Shown: positions 1-8,476 of the stretch, piece after piece | Position numbering within the stretch: position 1 is the stretch's first letter | Layout: each line of letters opens with the position of its first letter | Source of the DNA: a virus | Length of the DNA: 64,000 nucleotides | Direction: 5' to 3' (one strand) | IMG/VR virus record: IMGVR_UViG_3300027864_001020 | Location: 13,642-77,641 of that record | Notes under the pieces: model-generated | What the model was told of the DNA's origin: nothing | The model's input: only the letters and a program-made list of their open reading frames with translations | Databases searched by the model: none | Translations under genes and position numbers: made by a program

Positions 1-134
1 TTAGGTGACGGCGGCGGTGTCGGTTTTTGAGGAGGAGGCGCAGAGGGTCGCGGCGGCTTGGGATCGCCTCCTTTTTTAACATAATCAGAATCCGAAGCTA
101 AAAGATGTTTGCCCCTATGAATAGAAATAGACAT
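1..134 (-). CDS. Possible short Pro-rich peptide running off the window edge
   Basis: Open frame from ATG at 134: MSISIHRGKHLLASDSDYVKKGGDPKPPRPSAPPPQKPTPPPSP...; overlaps the 3' end of the upstream gene; start uncertain. Confidence 0.3.
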   Translation of the reverse strand, partial: MSISIHRGKHLLASDSDYVKKGGDPKPPRPSAPPPQKPTPPPSP

Positions 135-592
135 ACCGAACCACCTATAAATAAAAGAATTTGAAGATACCCCATGACAATATTAACATCAAATAGTACG
201 CTCCTATTCTTATATTCGGGTTCTTTGCCATCGTACTTTAGGATAAGGGCTTCCCTTTCCTCCTCTGCCGCTAACGTATTCCTTATAGAACTTATTATAA
301 AGCCTATAAAACCAAACGCAAGAACGCATAAAAAACATGACCATCCCCCGATAAGGAAGCCAGCCAAGACAGCGCCTTTTATCTCTACAATTTTATCAAT
401 AAACGCAAATGACACGCCGAACGAACCGGCGGCAACTGTCATAATCCATGTATCAAGCTTTTCAATATTCCTGCTTTGCCTCTCATTGCACATTTTTATA
501 TAATCATTGCTTGCTTCATATAGTTTCCAATTCCGCTCTTCATTTTCCTTACACTCGGCAAGGTCTTTTTCATATTTCTCCTGTTCTGTCAT
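98..592 (-). CDS. Multi-pass membrane protein (moron-like)
   Basis: 164-aa ORF with AGGAG RBS; charged N-terminus then three hydrophobic segments. Confidence 0.75.
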   Translation of the reverse strand: MTEQEKYEKDLAECKENEERNWKLYEASNDYIKMCNERQSRNIEKLDTWIMTVAAGSFGVSFAFIDKIVEIKGAVLAGFLIGGWSCFLCVLAFGFIGFIISSIRNTLAAEEEREALILKYDGKEPEYKNRSVLFDVNIVMGYLQILLFIGGSVCLFLFIGANIF

Positions 593-610
593 TGATTCTC
601 TCCTTTTCTA

Positions 611-639
611 TTGACTTTTCCTTTATAATAAATTATACT
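611..639 (+). promoter_or_regulatory. Sigma70-type promoter for sRNA unit 1
   Basis: TTGACT-N17-TATACT. Confidence 0.7.
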
Positions 640-644
640 TCGGT

Positions 645-737
645 GTAGGTGCAAACCTTACGAGCCGTGCAATAGAGGGGCATTAAATCGGTTTTTCCGA
701 ACTGGTGCCAAAACCTGAGCGCGGCTCAATTTTTTTC
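645..737 (+). ncRNA. Putative structured small RNA 1
   Basis: AGGT-GCAA-ACCT GNRA hairpin; closing stem GAGCCGTGC(662-670)/GCGCGGCTC(719-727); internal TCGG/CCGA hairpin; T-run after; no ORF. Confidence 0.55.
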
Positions 738-745
738 ATTACTCC

Positions 746-774
746 TTGACTTCCATAATATCTCGTAGTAAATT
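746..774 (+). promoter_or_regulatory. Sigma70-type promoter for sRNA unit 2
   Basis: TTGACT-N17-TAAATT. Confidence 0.6.
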
Positions 775-780
775 TAAATA

Positions 781-853
781 TATGGCGATACCTCGCTGCG
801 GGCGAGCCGTTAAATCGGTGCCGAGCGTCTGGAAGGGTATCGCCGTATTTTTT
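781..853 (+). ncRNA. Putative structured small RNA 2
   Basis: 12-bp closing stem TATGGCGATACC(781-792)/GGTATCGCCGTA(836-847) followed by T6; shares TTAAATCGGT..CCGA with unit 1. Confidence 0.6.
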
Positions 854-892
854 AAATCATCAATTTTAGAAAAAATTGGGCTTGCAAAGACA

Positions 893-921
893 TTGATTTT
901 CTCCCTCTTTCAGTATACAAT
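893..921 (+). promoter_or_regulatory. Sigma70-type promoter of a probably leaderless moron gene
   Basis: TTGATT-N17-TACAAT; ATG lies 7 nt after the -10 box; no SD. Confidence 0.5.
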
Positions 922-927
922 TTAATT

Positions 928-1305
928 ATGAGAAAAGCGATAGCCTTGGTTGTTTTAATATTAGCCGCGTCCGCTGTGTTCGGGCAGGAAATAAGCCAGA
1001 GCGATCTTTATGGAATGTGGGAATATGAAGATTACGAAGATTTTCCAAGTTGCTATTTTATAAATGCTACAACTCTTACCTTTATAACTAATTTTGATTA
1101 TAAACAATGGTCAGATAATATACTATCATGGCGACTATTTATTAATGAAAATGTTGATACCAAATTTGATTATCCATACGGCTTTGATATTGTAGTAAGA
1201 TCAACATTTGATCAATTTATATTTATACGCACTTACTTAGTTCATCGCGATAAAAGAAAAATGTTTTGGACATCTTTACCTGATGTAATTTACATCAAAA
1301 AATAA
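928..1305 (+). CDS. Secreted/periplasmic protein (moron), unknown function
   Basis: Only convincing plus-strand CDS; signal peptide MRKAIALVVLILAASAVFG-Q; AT-rich; stop abuts the tape-measure stop. Confidence 0.75.
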   Translation: MRKAIALVVLILAASAVFGQEISQSDLYGMWEYEDYEDFPSCYFINATTLTFITNFDYKQWSDNILSWRLFINENVDTKFDYPYGFDIVVRSTFDQFIFIRTYLVHRDKRKMFWTSLPDVIYIKK

Positions 1306-3459
1306 TTATGAAGGTATTTCTACATTAACAACTATTTTCATCTCTCTAAATGTATCTATTATATTCTGTAGCAATCTATGTACTTCGGTATCAGGAGTCA
1401 TTTCGATTCCTTTATTTATGGCATCTCTATCATTCGCTAACGCTCTCTGTTCAGGTGTTAATTCCTTTAAATAATTAAGAACGTCTATAAATGATTTTTG
1501 TTTTTCTGGATTATCAAAACTATCTCTAAGACCAATAAGCCGGTCGTGTGCCTCTTTATCACCTTCATTATCAAGATCAAAATACCCCCGACTTTGATGT
1601 CTCCCAGTATTTCTTCCTACAAACATAAGACGATCCTGTGGGCTTCCTCTCGTCATAGCTATGGCATCCTTTAATGCCTTTGCATCTTCACGCACAGATT
1701 CCGGCAGTTTCTCATAATCAGTAAGCGAAATCTCGTCAAGATTAGGTAAACTATAATCTTTCTCTCCTTTCAAATGTGCTAAAATCGCCGCAACATCACT
1801 TTGAGTTTTTTCCAGCACTTTCAGTTCCTTCGCAAATTCCATACTGCCGATGCTTGCAAGGGTAACATTTATTCTGTTTAAAGAATCTTGGAGTAATTGC
1901 GAATCTGATTGCATACGTGGATCTTTTGTAAATCTTTTTATGTCTTCTTCAAATTGTTTCGCGTTAAAATTAAAACTTGTAGTACCGTCTTCATTTTTGA
2001 CCATTGAATTTTTATACATTGACCATACTTCGGTCGCGCCGTGATAATTAAGCCCGAACATAGTTTTAAACCGCTCAATTATTCCGGCTGTGTTATTGCC
2101 TTCAAGCTTGTTAATGGCTTCAAATTGTCCTTTTAATAAGTTCGCCGATACTCCATGTTCGAGCAATAACTGTTCGTCTACATAAGTACCTGTATAAAGT
2201 TTTGGGTCTTTCCCTGCGGCGATAAATTTTTTCTCTCTCTCGTTTTCTTCAGTCTCCGGATCATCTATCCCTAATATTTCACGTGCAACTGAAAAACTTA
2301 TAACATCCTCAACGCTTTGCAAATTGGTAGCGTTAGCAATCGCGCTGTTCATTTGGCTTAACCGCTGCGCTCCCTGTTCGCCCTGCCATAATTTTGAACC
2401 GCCCGACAATTTGTAAAGCATCGTCATGTTACCGGCGATCTCTTCGGAACTTCTCACAAACCCCTTGGCGATCCCCTCTTCCATAATTCTGCCCATAGAA
2501 GTAAGGAATTCAGAAAACTGTCCCTTCCCCATATTCGATGCCATGAGTCCGCCGTAGGCTGTCGATGTTGCGTTTGTTTCTCCGCCGTAACGATAAGCCG
2601 TCCCCGCGTATTTTTGAATTGCGGAAAGATCCGTTCCTGTAAACCTCGACCATAAGGCTTGTGTTTGCGCCATGTTACGCGCTTGCGTTTCGGTTATGTT
2701 TCCGAATTTCCCCGCCTCTTTCATCGCATCGATAAAATCCTGCGTTGACAGTCCTGTTCCTGACGCGGCTTCTGACGCTTTCGAATACATTGAAAGACCG
2801 TAACGGTTGTTTTCTTCGGCTGATTTCCTGTCAACCGCTCCGCCGAAAAGCTGGTTAAGTGTATCAATATGCGGTAAGACGTTTTTATACTGCTGCGATC
2901 CTGCGGCGGTTATCTCGGCTTGTCTCGCATCATAACCGAAAGCGTGTTTTAACAACGGGTTTAAAACGCTCATAGCGGCGGCGGCTAATTGCGGACTTTT
3001 GAATACAACGCCCAAAATTGCGGACAGACCCGTTCCAACTACATCACCTGCTAACTCACCCTTCGCTCTTGTTTCGGATATATGAGCGCCCATATAATCA
3101 CCGCTTAACTTTTGCACTTTTGCGGAATGAAAAGCCTCCGCCGTTTTTACAATGCTTTGGGATAATTGGCTTAAAGCGGATTGAAACATAATGAAAGCAC
3201 CGTTCTGCATTATAGCGTTTGCCATATTTTGCTGCGCTTGCGGGTTTTGTTGTTTGACCTGATTCATTATTTGCCCGCGGGCGGACGTAGCATTATTCAT
3301 TGCCTGTGTAAGTTGGGCAACAGCTCTCCAATCCCCCGCGTTTGTAGCTTGTACTATTTTATTATTTAAATCCGCTATGGTATTCGACAGATCATTAACT
3401 TGGCTTTTTCCCTGTGAGACATCTACATTAAACTTGATACCAATATTACTTTGAGCCAT
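1306..3459 (-). CDS. Tail tape measure protein
   Basis: 717 aa, Ala/Gly/Gln-rich, helical; follows sheath, tube and chaperone. Confidence 0.8.
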   Translation of the reverse strand: MAQSNIGIKFNVDVSQGKSQVNDLSNTIADLNNKIVQATNAGDWRAVAQLTQAMNNATSARGQIMNQVKQQNPQAQQNMANAIMQNGAFIMFQSALSQLSQSIVKTAEAFHSAKVQKLSGDYMGAHISETRAKGELAGDVVGTGLSAILGVVFKSPQLAAAAMSVLNPLLKHAFGYDARQAEITAAGSQQYKNVLPHIDTLNQLFGGAVDRKSAEENNRYGLSMYSKASEAASGTGLSTQDFIDAMKEAGKFGNITETQARNMAQTQALWSRFTGTDLSAIQKYAGTAYRYGGETNATSTAYGGLMASNMGKGQFSEFLTSMGRIMEEGIAKGFVRSSEEIAGNMTMLYKLSGGSKLWQGEQGAQRLSQMNSAIANATNLQSVEDVISFSVAREILGIDDPETEENEREKKFIAAGKDPKLYTGTYVDEQLLLEHGVSANLLKGQFEAINKLEGNNTAGIIERFKTMFGLNYHGATEVWSMYKNSMVKNEDGTTSFNFNAKQFEEDIKRFTKDPRMQSDSQLLQDSLNRINVTLASIGSMEFAKELKVLEKTQSDVAAILAHLKGEKDYSLPNLDEISLTDYEKLPESVREDAKALKDAIAMTRGSPQDRLMFVGRNTGRHQSRGYFDLDNEGDKEAHDRLIGLRDSFDNPEKQKSFIDVLNYLKELTPEQRALANDRDAINKGIEMTPDTEVHRLLQNIIDTFREMKIVVNVEIPS

Positions 3460-3598
3460 TTAAATCCATCCCCGCGACATCTTCATCGGAATACCCCAGC
3501 CGCTTCATAATGTCCTCGCTTGGTCCCGACTCATTATCTGCCCGTAATTTTAAAAATCCGTGCAATACAGAATCTTCTGTGAAGGTGTTTGCAAAATT
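3446..3598 (-). CDS. Tail chaperone C-terminal extension (gpT-like; frameshift product or overlapping ORF)
   Basis: Frame +1 relative to the chaperone fills the gap to the tape measure and ends ...SEDIMKRLGYSDEDVAGMDLNGSK. Confidence 0.5.
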   Translation of the reverse strand, partial: NFANTFTEDSVLHGFLKLRADNESGPSEDIMKRLGYSDEDVAGMDLNGSK

Positions 3599-4154
3599 AA
3601 ATATTATCTCCAGCAGATTCGGATCCACCTCGCTTAACGGTTCCGCCAACTCCCGAAAATAGACCACCGCCCACATCTTTGGAAACACCATCGGATATTT
3701 CTTCAGCAGTTTTGTTATTGGCATTTCGCTCAATTCCTCTAAGTTTTGTCTGCACGTTCTGACGAAAGGACAGAGCCTTAGCATACACTTCGTCTACGAA
3801 GTGAGCGTCAGGCATATTCCTCCATGAAAAATTAGCGTCTTTTTTGGCTTGGTTAAACCACGCGGGACCGCTGTCAACAACTACATCAAGGGTAGCGACT
3901 TTTTGAATTTCGTAATCCCCTGAAACATCAAAATTCCCTGCCGATATGCCGTTTCTCATAATTGCGGCTAACCTTCCAATTGCGATCAAATCGTTCTGTT
4001 TCGGGAATTTAATAACAAAATTGCCTCTTGAAGTAGAGACAGTTTCTTTAACCGTTTTTCCGTTTAGTAAAGCAAAAAACAGATCGCCTTCTTTTTGATC
4101 CGCTTCCGATATGCCTTCTTTTTCCTGCTGTTTGATTTCTTCTGTAATTTCCAT
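3597..4154 (-). CDS. Tail assembly chaperone (gpG-like)
   Basis: 185 aa, acidic; lies between tube and tape measure; AGGAG RBS. Confidence 0.75.
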   Translation of the reverse strand: MEITEEIKQQEKEGISEADQKEGDLFFALLNGKTVKETVSTSRGNFVIKFPKQNDLIAIGRLAAIMRNGISAGNFDVSGDYEIQKVATLDVVVDSGPAWFNQAKKDANFSWRNMPDAHFVDEVYAKALSFRQNVQTKLRGIERNANNKTAEEISDGVSKDVGGGLFSGVGGTVKRGGSESAGDNI

Positions 4155-4167
4155 AAAATTACTCCTT

Positions 4168-4200
4168 AAAAAAATTAACCTTGCGCCGAAAGACGCAAGG
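4168..4200 (-). terminator. Intrinsic terminator after tail tube gene
   Basis: CCTTGCG/CGCAAGG hairpin followed by T-run on minus strand. Confidence 0.65.
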
Positions 4201-4207
4201 CGTTTGA

Positions 4208-4729
4208 TTATACTTCTGATTTATAATCTGTTCCGTTTTCGTAACCGATGGCTTCCATTGTACAGTCAGCGGTTACATATCCCTTGCCGCTTATGGAATC
4301 GCCGTAAGATGTCGGTATCGCCCAGTTGACATATCCAATGATACATTTATGTTTATCATCGTATAAATCAAGATAGGGAAGTTTTGTAGCGACTTTCTTC
4401 TCAATGAGATTTGCGTCATTGGGGTTGAAAGATTTTAAGTGAACCACACCGCCGCCTCTTGCCGATTCAACACCGACTTCGCAGAGGCTTTTTGAAGGAA
4501 CGAATCCGCGAAGGGTTATCGTTACCGATATTCCTGTCGGGTCAAGCGCAACCGGCAAAATCTCACCGATAACTTCCGCCCTCTGAATGTTGATCTGTTT
4601 TCTGATTGTAGCTTCGCTTACAAACCCTACTTCGGTAGGATTGCTTCCGCTTTCATCATCAACGTCAACCCGAACAATACAGTTTATACCCTGTGCTAAT
4701 AAATCGCCCTGAATGTTATATCCTGCCAT
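4208..4729 (-). CDS. Tail tube protein
   Basis: 173 aa, beta-rich, directly downstream of sheath; GGAGG RBS. Confidence 0.8.
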   Translation of the reverse strand: MAGYNIQGDLLAQGINCIVRVDVDDESGSNPTEVGFVSEATIRKQINIQRAEVIGEILPVALDPTGISVTITLRGFVPSKSLCEVGVESARGGGVVHLKSFNPNDANLIEKKVATKLPYLDLYDDKHKCIIGYVNWAIPTSYGDSISGKGYVTADCTMEAIGYENGTDYKSEV

Positions 4730-4740
4730 AAACCGCCTCC

Positions 4741-6453
4741 TTATTCAGCATCCGCAGAGCGGTAAATTTCGTTATTCGCCGTTCCGAAAATAAAGTTATT
4801 CGGAGTTCGGAGATACCTTGAATATTCGAGGAAGGTAGCATCGCCGTCAAACCGAACCTTGATACCAAATACCAATTCGCCGCTGTCTGACTTTGTTATC
4901 ATTCCCATTCGATACCAAATTTTCGCGCGCTTCTTCAGAATGTCGATTACGTCTGATTCCGAAGGTTCGTCATTTGTTCCAATCCGGCGATTGTACGCTT
5001 TTCTGAAATCCCGATCCATGTAAAGGGCTTCCCTCATGCACGATCTTTCATTGGAAGCGAGATTGTCAGCTTGGTAGGTTGTCATTGCGCGAATAACAAC
5101 CAAATACCCATCATCGTTTATGCCGAAAGGCATAATTCCACCGGCGATCAGTTTTTCCATTTCGGTATCGGTGTATTTTTCAACAATGGCGCTTACATTA
5201 ACTTGTTTGTTGGTCAGCGGATTGGCGATTCCCATTGCGCCTTCCATGCCGGCGGTAGCACAAGCGAACATAGCGGGAGAGATTATTTCTTTCGCGCCGG
5301 TAAGCGGATTGCTTTTAATTGCGCTGTTTATAACAAGGCTTCCCAAGTCTGAATTGAAATCCGCTGCGAGAGCGAGACCGTCCTCAATAGATGTGCCTTC
5401 GGGCGCTCCCAAGAAATACTGGCGTTCTCTTTTCTTCGGTGTCCCGCTCATTAAAACACAATGATTTACAATGAGTGTGTGGACTGTCGAATCATCGGAA
5501 GGTGTAGAGATAGATTGCACATTTTCTTTTTCAAGCAGTTCAAGGGCGGCAACCCAGTCACTTATTGTGTAAGTACCTGCCGTTGCGCCTTCAAGATATA
5601 CAAACCCGTCTGTATTTTCCGGTACTACTCGGACTGCTTTTGCCTTAACTTCAATTTCGCCGATATATAAACCGGCTTTTAACTGTAAGGCTTTGATAAA
5701 CGCGGCGAGATTACTGTAGAGCGTTGCTGCTGTTCCTTTTACCGACATTTTCTGTACGGTGTCAAGATCGGCTGTTTTTGCGTTAGTTGCAACATCGAGA
5801 ATGGCGGCGGAATAAAGACCGGAATCATTTATTCTGGCTGCCAAGTCTTCTAATGTTTCGCACTCTTCCCATGTAACGGCAAGATCAATTTTATCCGATG
5901 TTAATGTCATGCCTTTATCTGTAATGCTTATATCTGCGCTGTTTCCGCTGCCGGTATACAAAACGGATATTGATTTTTTTACAATATCATCAATCGTGAT
6001 CTCATTGCCTTTGTAAGAGATCAAAACTTTTTTTGAATTTTCGGCATCGCCGTCTTTTACCCAAAGTTTAATTTGGTTTGTGTGAACGCCGTAATCGCGG
6101 CTTCTGACGGTAATTATCTCTTCGTTTCCGCTTTTCAGCGTAAGAGATGCTCTTGTGCCGTTGTTTACCCTGAAAGCAAAAACCTTCTGCGGCACAAAGT
6201 CTTTTGAACCTGTAAAAGCGTGCGCGACACCCTCAAGCAGGTTTCCGCCGACAAGAGCGTTTCTGGCTTCGGAAATGTCGGTTAACGGTATCAAAGTTCT
6301 CGGCTTTCCGCCGGTTGACTGCCCCAAAATTACCAAATTCTGCGAAGGCGATCCTGCTCCGCTTGCTACGTTATTTCGCCGTGTATATACGCCGGGCTTC
6401 AGGTGTTCTGTTCTTTTTCCGGCAGTTTCAAATACAACTGGACTTACTCCCAT
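4741..6453 (-). CDS. Contractile tail sheath protein
   Basis: 570 aa; N-terminus PGVY...VILGQSTGGKP...EARNALVGGNLLE resembles phage K/PBSX-type sheaths. Confidence 0.9.
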   Translation of the reverse strand: MGVSPVVFETAGKRTEHLKPGVYTRRNNVASGAGSPSQNLVILGQSTGGKPRTLIPLTDISEARNALVGGNLLEGVAHAFTGSKDFVPQKVFAFRVNNGTRASLTLKSGNEEIITVRSRDYGVHTNQIKLWVKDGDAENSKKVLISYKGNEITIDDIVKKSISVLYTGSGNSADISITDKGMTLTSDKIDLAVTWEECETLEDLAARINDSGLYSAAILDVATNAKTADLDTVQKMSVKGTAATLYSNLAAFIKALQLKAGLYIGEIEVKAKAVRVVPENTDGFVYLEGATAGTYTISDWVAALELLEKENVQSISTPSDDSTVHTLIVNHCVLMSGTPKKRERQYFLGAPEGTSIEDGLALAADFNSDLGSLVINSAIKSNPLTGAKEIISPAMFACATAGMEGAMGIANPLTNKQVNVSAIVEKYTDTEMEKLIAGGIMPFGINDDGYLVVIRAMTTYQADNLASNERSCMREALYMDRDFRKAYNRRIGTNDEPSESDVIDILKKRAKIWYRMGMITKSDSGELVFGIKVRFDGDATFLEYSRYLRTPNNFIFGTANNEIYRSADAE

Positions 6454-6463
6454 AGTAACCCTC

Positions 6464-6763
6464 CTAACTTACCTTTTGATTCAGCAGTTTGTTTACAATC
6501 TGCTGCCATTCCGCCAAAGTATGCGCTTCCATTGCTTTTGTTTTTTTCAGCATGGCTTCTACATATTTGTTGGGCTTAGATGACTGGATAAAAGCAACAA
6601 GCCCGAATTTTTTATCCGGATCGAGCTTCGTCTTTTTATCGCCGCTGCCGTCCCCTGAATTATTGACTTGGGTGTCGGCTCCTTGTCTGTCCTGTTCTAC
6701 CGGCGGTGAATCTTCTTCTTTTAAATCAAATTCATCACTGTTTGAGTCTTTAGGCTTCGACAT
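6464..6763 (-). CDS. Small virion-module protein (YqzN/YkzM-like C-terminus)
   Basis: 99 aa; C-terminal HTLAEWQQIVNKLLNQKV; sits before sheath. Confidence 0.55.
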   Translation of the reverse strand: MSKPKDSNSDEFDLKEEDSPPVEQDRQGADTQVNNSGDGSGDKKTKLDPDKKFGLVAFIQSSKPNKYVEAMLKKTKAMEAHTLAEWQQIVNKLLNQKVS

Positions 6764-7523
6764 GGATTATTACCTCCTTAACTATGTCCTTGCTTGGACT
6801 GTCTATCGCTGTATCTAATACAATCTGTTCGACTGCGTAGGTCACATCAAAATTTATACTTCCGCCGGTAAGTGTTTGATCAAATTGATCATTGTACGCG
6901 CCTGACGGCTGACCGATGATTGTGTCATCATCAATTTTTATGTCATGGACTTGATATTTTTCTGCGGTTAAAATATGGCGGAGATTTCCAACGGTAAATA
7001 GCAGTAATTGTTTGTAAATTTCGTTTTTTAATTGCGTGTTGTCAGTCCATATATCAAGAGATATTTTATCCCTGCGGTATGCGCGTATAACAAACCCTAT
7101 TATTTCTCCTTTTTTTGTTATGTGCTCTTTTATTGTTTGCAAAACTTCAGGCGCGACTACGGTACAAAGTCCCGGTATATTGCGCTCTTTCTCTTTGCCG
7201 TCTTTGATAATTTTTTCTTTTACATTAACAATTTGATCAATATCGCTCTGTTTAAGTTTAATTCCTTGAACCTGTGGACGCAGCGTATCAAGATCGGGCG
7301 GTTTGCCGTCATCATAAGTAGAGACTACGACAGCCGGAAATAAATCCGCAGCGTTAAGCGTTTGCGATGTTTTGAATATTTGAGCGAAGGGGTGATCTAG
7401 AGTGGCTTTTATGTGATAATTTTCATTGTAGAGATTATCAAATTTAAGAGTATCGAAATAATCATTAACGACAGAGACGATTGCCTGTTCGAGTATGATT
7501 GCCCGATTAAGATAGCAAACCAC
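6750..7523 (-). CDS. Tail completion/terminator-type protein
   Basis: Likely start GTG at 7523 after GGGGG SD (the track's start at 7601 lies in the leader); position between neck and sheath genes. Confidence 0.6.
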   Translation of the reverse strand: MVCYLNRAIILEQAIVSVVNDYFDTLKFDNLYNENYHIKATLDHPFAQIFKTSQTLNAADLFPAVVVSTYDDGKPPDLDTLRPQVQGIKLKQSDIDQIVNVKEKIIKDGKEKERNIPGLCTVVAPEVLQTIKEHITKKGEIIGFVIRAYRRDKISLDIWTDNTQLKNEIYKQLLLFTVGNLRHILTAEKYQVHDIKIDDDTIIGQPSGAYNDQFDQTLTGGSINFDVTYAVEQIVLDTAIDSPSKDIVKEVIIHVEA

Positions 7524-7539
7524 AAAAAACCCCCAAAAC

Positions 7540-7600
7540 GAAAAAAGGACAGCGGAATCCCGGCGCAAAGTCCGTAATTCCTGCTGCCCTTTTCGGTGCA
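7540..7600 (-). promoter_or_regulatory. Attenuator leader: conserved 18-nt box overlapping an intrinsic terminator
   Basis: TGCACCGAAAAGGGCAGC (7600-7583) is identical to 15757-15740; stem AAAAGGGCAGC/GCTGTCCTTTT plus T-run. Confidence 0.7.
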
Positions 7601-7628
7601 AACAGTTTGCTTATCTCAATTTCATATA

Positions 7629-7658
7629 ATTATACCCTCTTAAAGAGAATATTGTCAA
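7629..7658 (-). promoter_or_regulatory. Sigma70-type internal late promoter
   Basis: TTGACA-N18-TATAAT. Confidence 0.7.
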
Positions 7659-7666
7659 CAGAACGG

Positions 7667-8476
7667 CTACAAGCCTAAATCTGCCATAAATCCGGCGTTT
7701 ATCATTTTTTCAACCGCCGGACGTGTTGTTCTTTCAAGCGCACTTACAACATCAATAGGAGCAATTTCTTTCCTTATCCAACTGCCTTTTCGGCTATGTG
7801 CTGATATAATCCTGAAAGTAAAATAAGTAGCTGTGTTAGTTTTTGGATTATCAGGAAACCTCACAAGCCCATTTACATTGCCCTCCGCTTCTAACCGACC
7901 TCCCCATTTATATTCATCACGTTGAATCGGCTGCCCACGATAATTCTTCTCTATATGTACCGCTTGCGATCCGTCTGGGCGTGTAGACAGCCGCTGTGAT
8001 ATTTCCATATCGAAGGCTAAAATTGCGCTGTGCATATTTTGCGGTATTACGTTCTGGAAGTTCGCTCTCTTTCCGCCTTTATCGTTGGGAGTTCCCCACC
8101 TGAAAGGAATTATTAGGTACGGAACACCATCTTTTGAAACGCGGCTTTTTTTTCCGAACGGGTGAGTGGTTTTCATGTCAAGTTCAGGCTGCCCTTCCTG
8201 TATTCGTTTCATTTGCGGCGAATCCGTCTCGATATTCACATCGAAGGGCGCATTTTTTCTTATCTTGATTGATTGAGCATATTTAGTTGAAGGATGCTTA
8301 TTTTTTTCAATACCGTCAAGCTCCCCTGCTCCAACACCCCAACCAATCCACATACCTTGAATATGTTTAGCTGATTTTCCGAAGGCGGCGTTTGCCGCAG
8401 GAAATGAGTTACCCAATCCCAATGTCGCTAATCTGTCGAGAATGTCTGAATCTACCGTTACATCAAACTTCATCAT
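7667..8476 (-). CDS. Neck/tail-completion morphogenesis protein
   Basis: 269 aa in the head-tail joining cluster; basic; no decisive motif. Confidence 0.5.
   Translation of the reverse strand: MMKFDVTVDSDILDRLATLGLGNSFPAANAAFGKSAKHIQGMWIGWGVGAGELDGIEKNKHPSTKYAQSIKIRKNAPFDVNIETDSPQMKRIQEGQPELDMKTTHPFGKKSRVSKDGVPYLIIPFRWGTPNDKGGKRANFQNVIPQNMHSAILAFDMEISQRLSTRPDGSQAVHIEKNYRGQPIQRDEYKWGGRLEAEGNVNGLVRFPDNPKTNTATYFTFRIISAHSRKGSWIRKEIAPIDVVSALERTTRPAVEKMINAGFMADLGL

Noticed and set aside
7524-7601. MHRKGQ N-terminal extension of the ORF at 7601 (also 15678-15758)
   Set aside because: The identical peptide start comes from the conserved 18-nt RNA box; better starts with SD follow the terminators at 7523 and 15677
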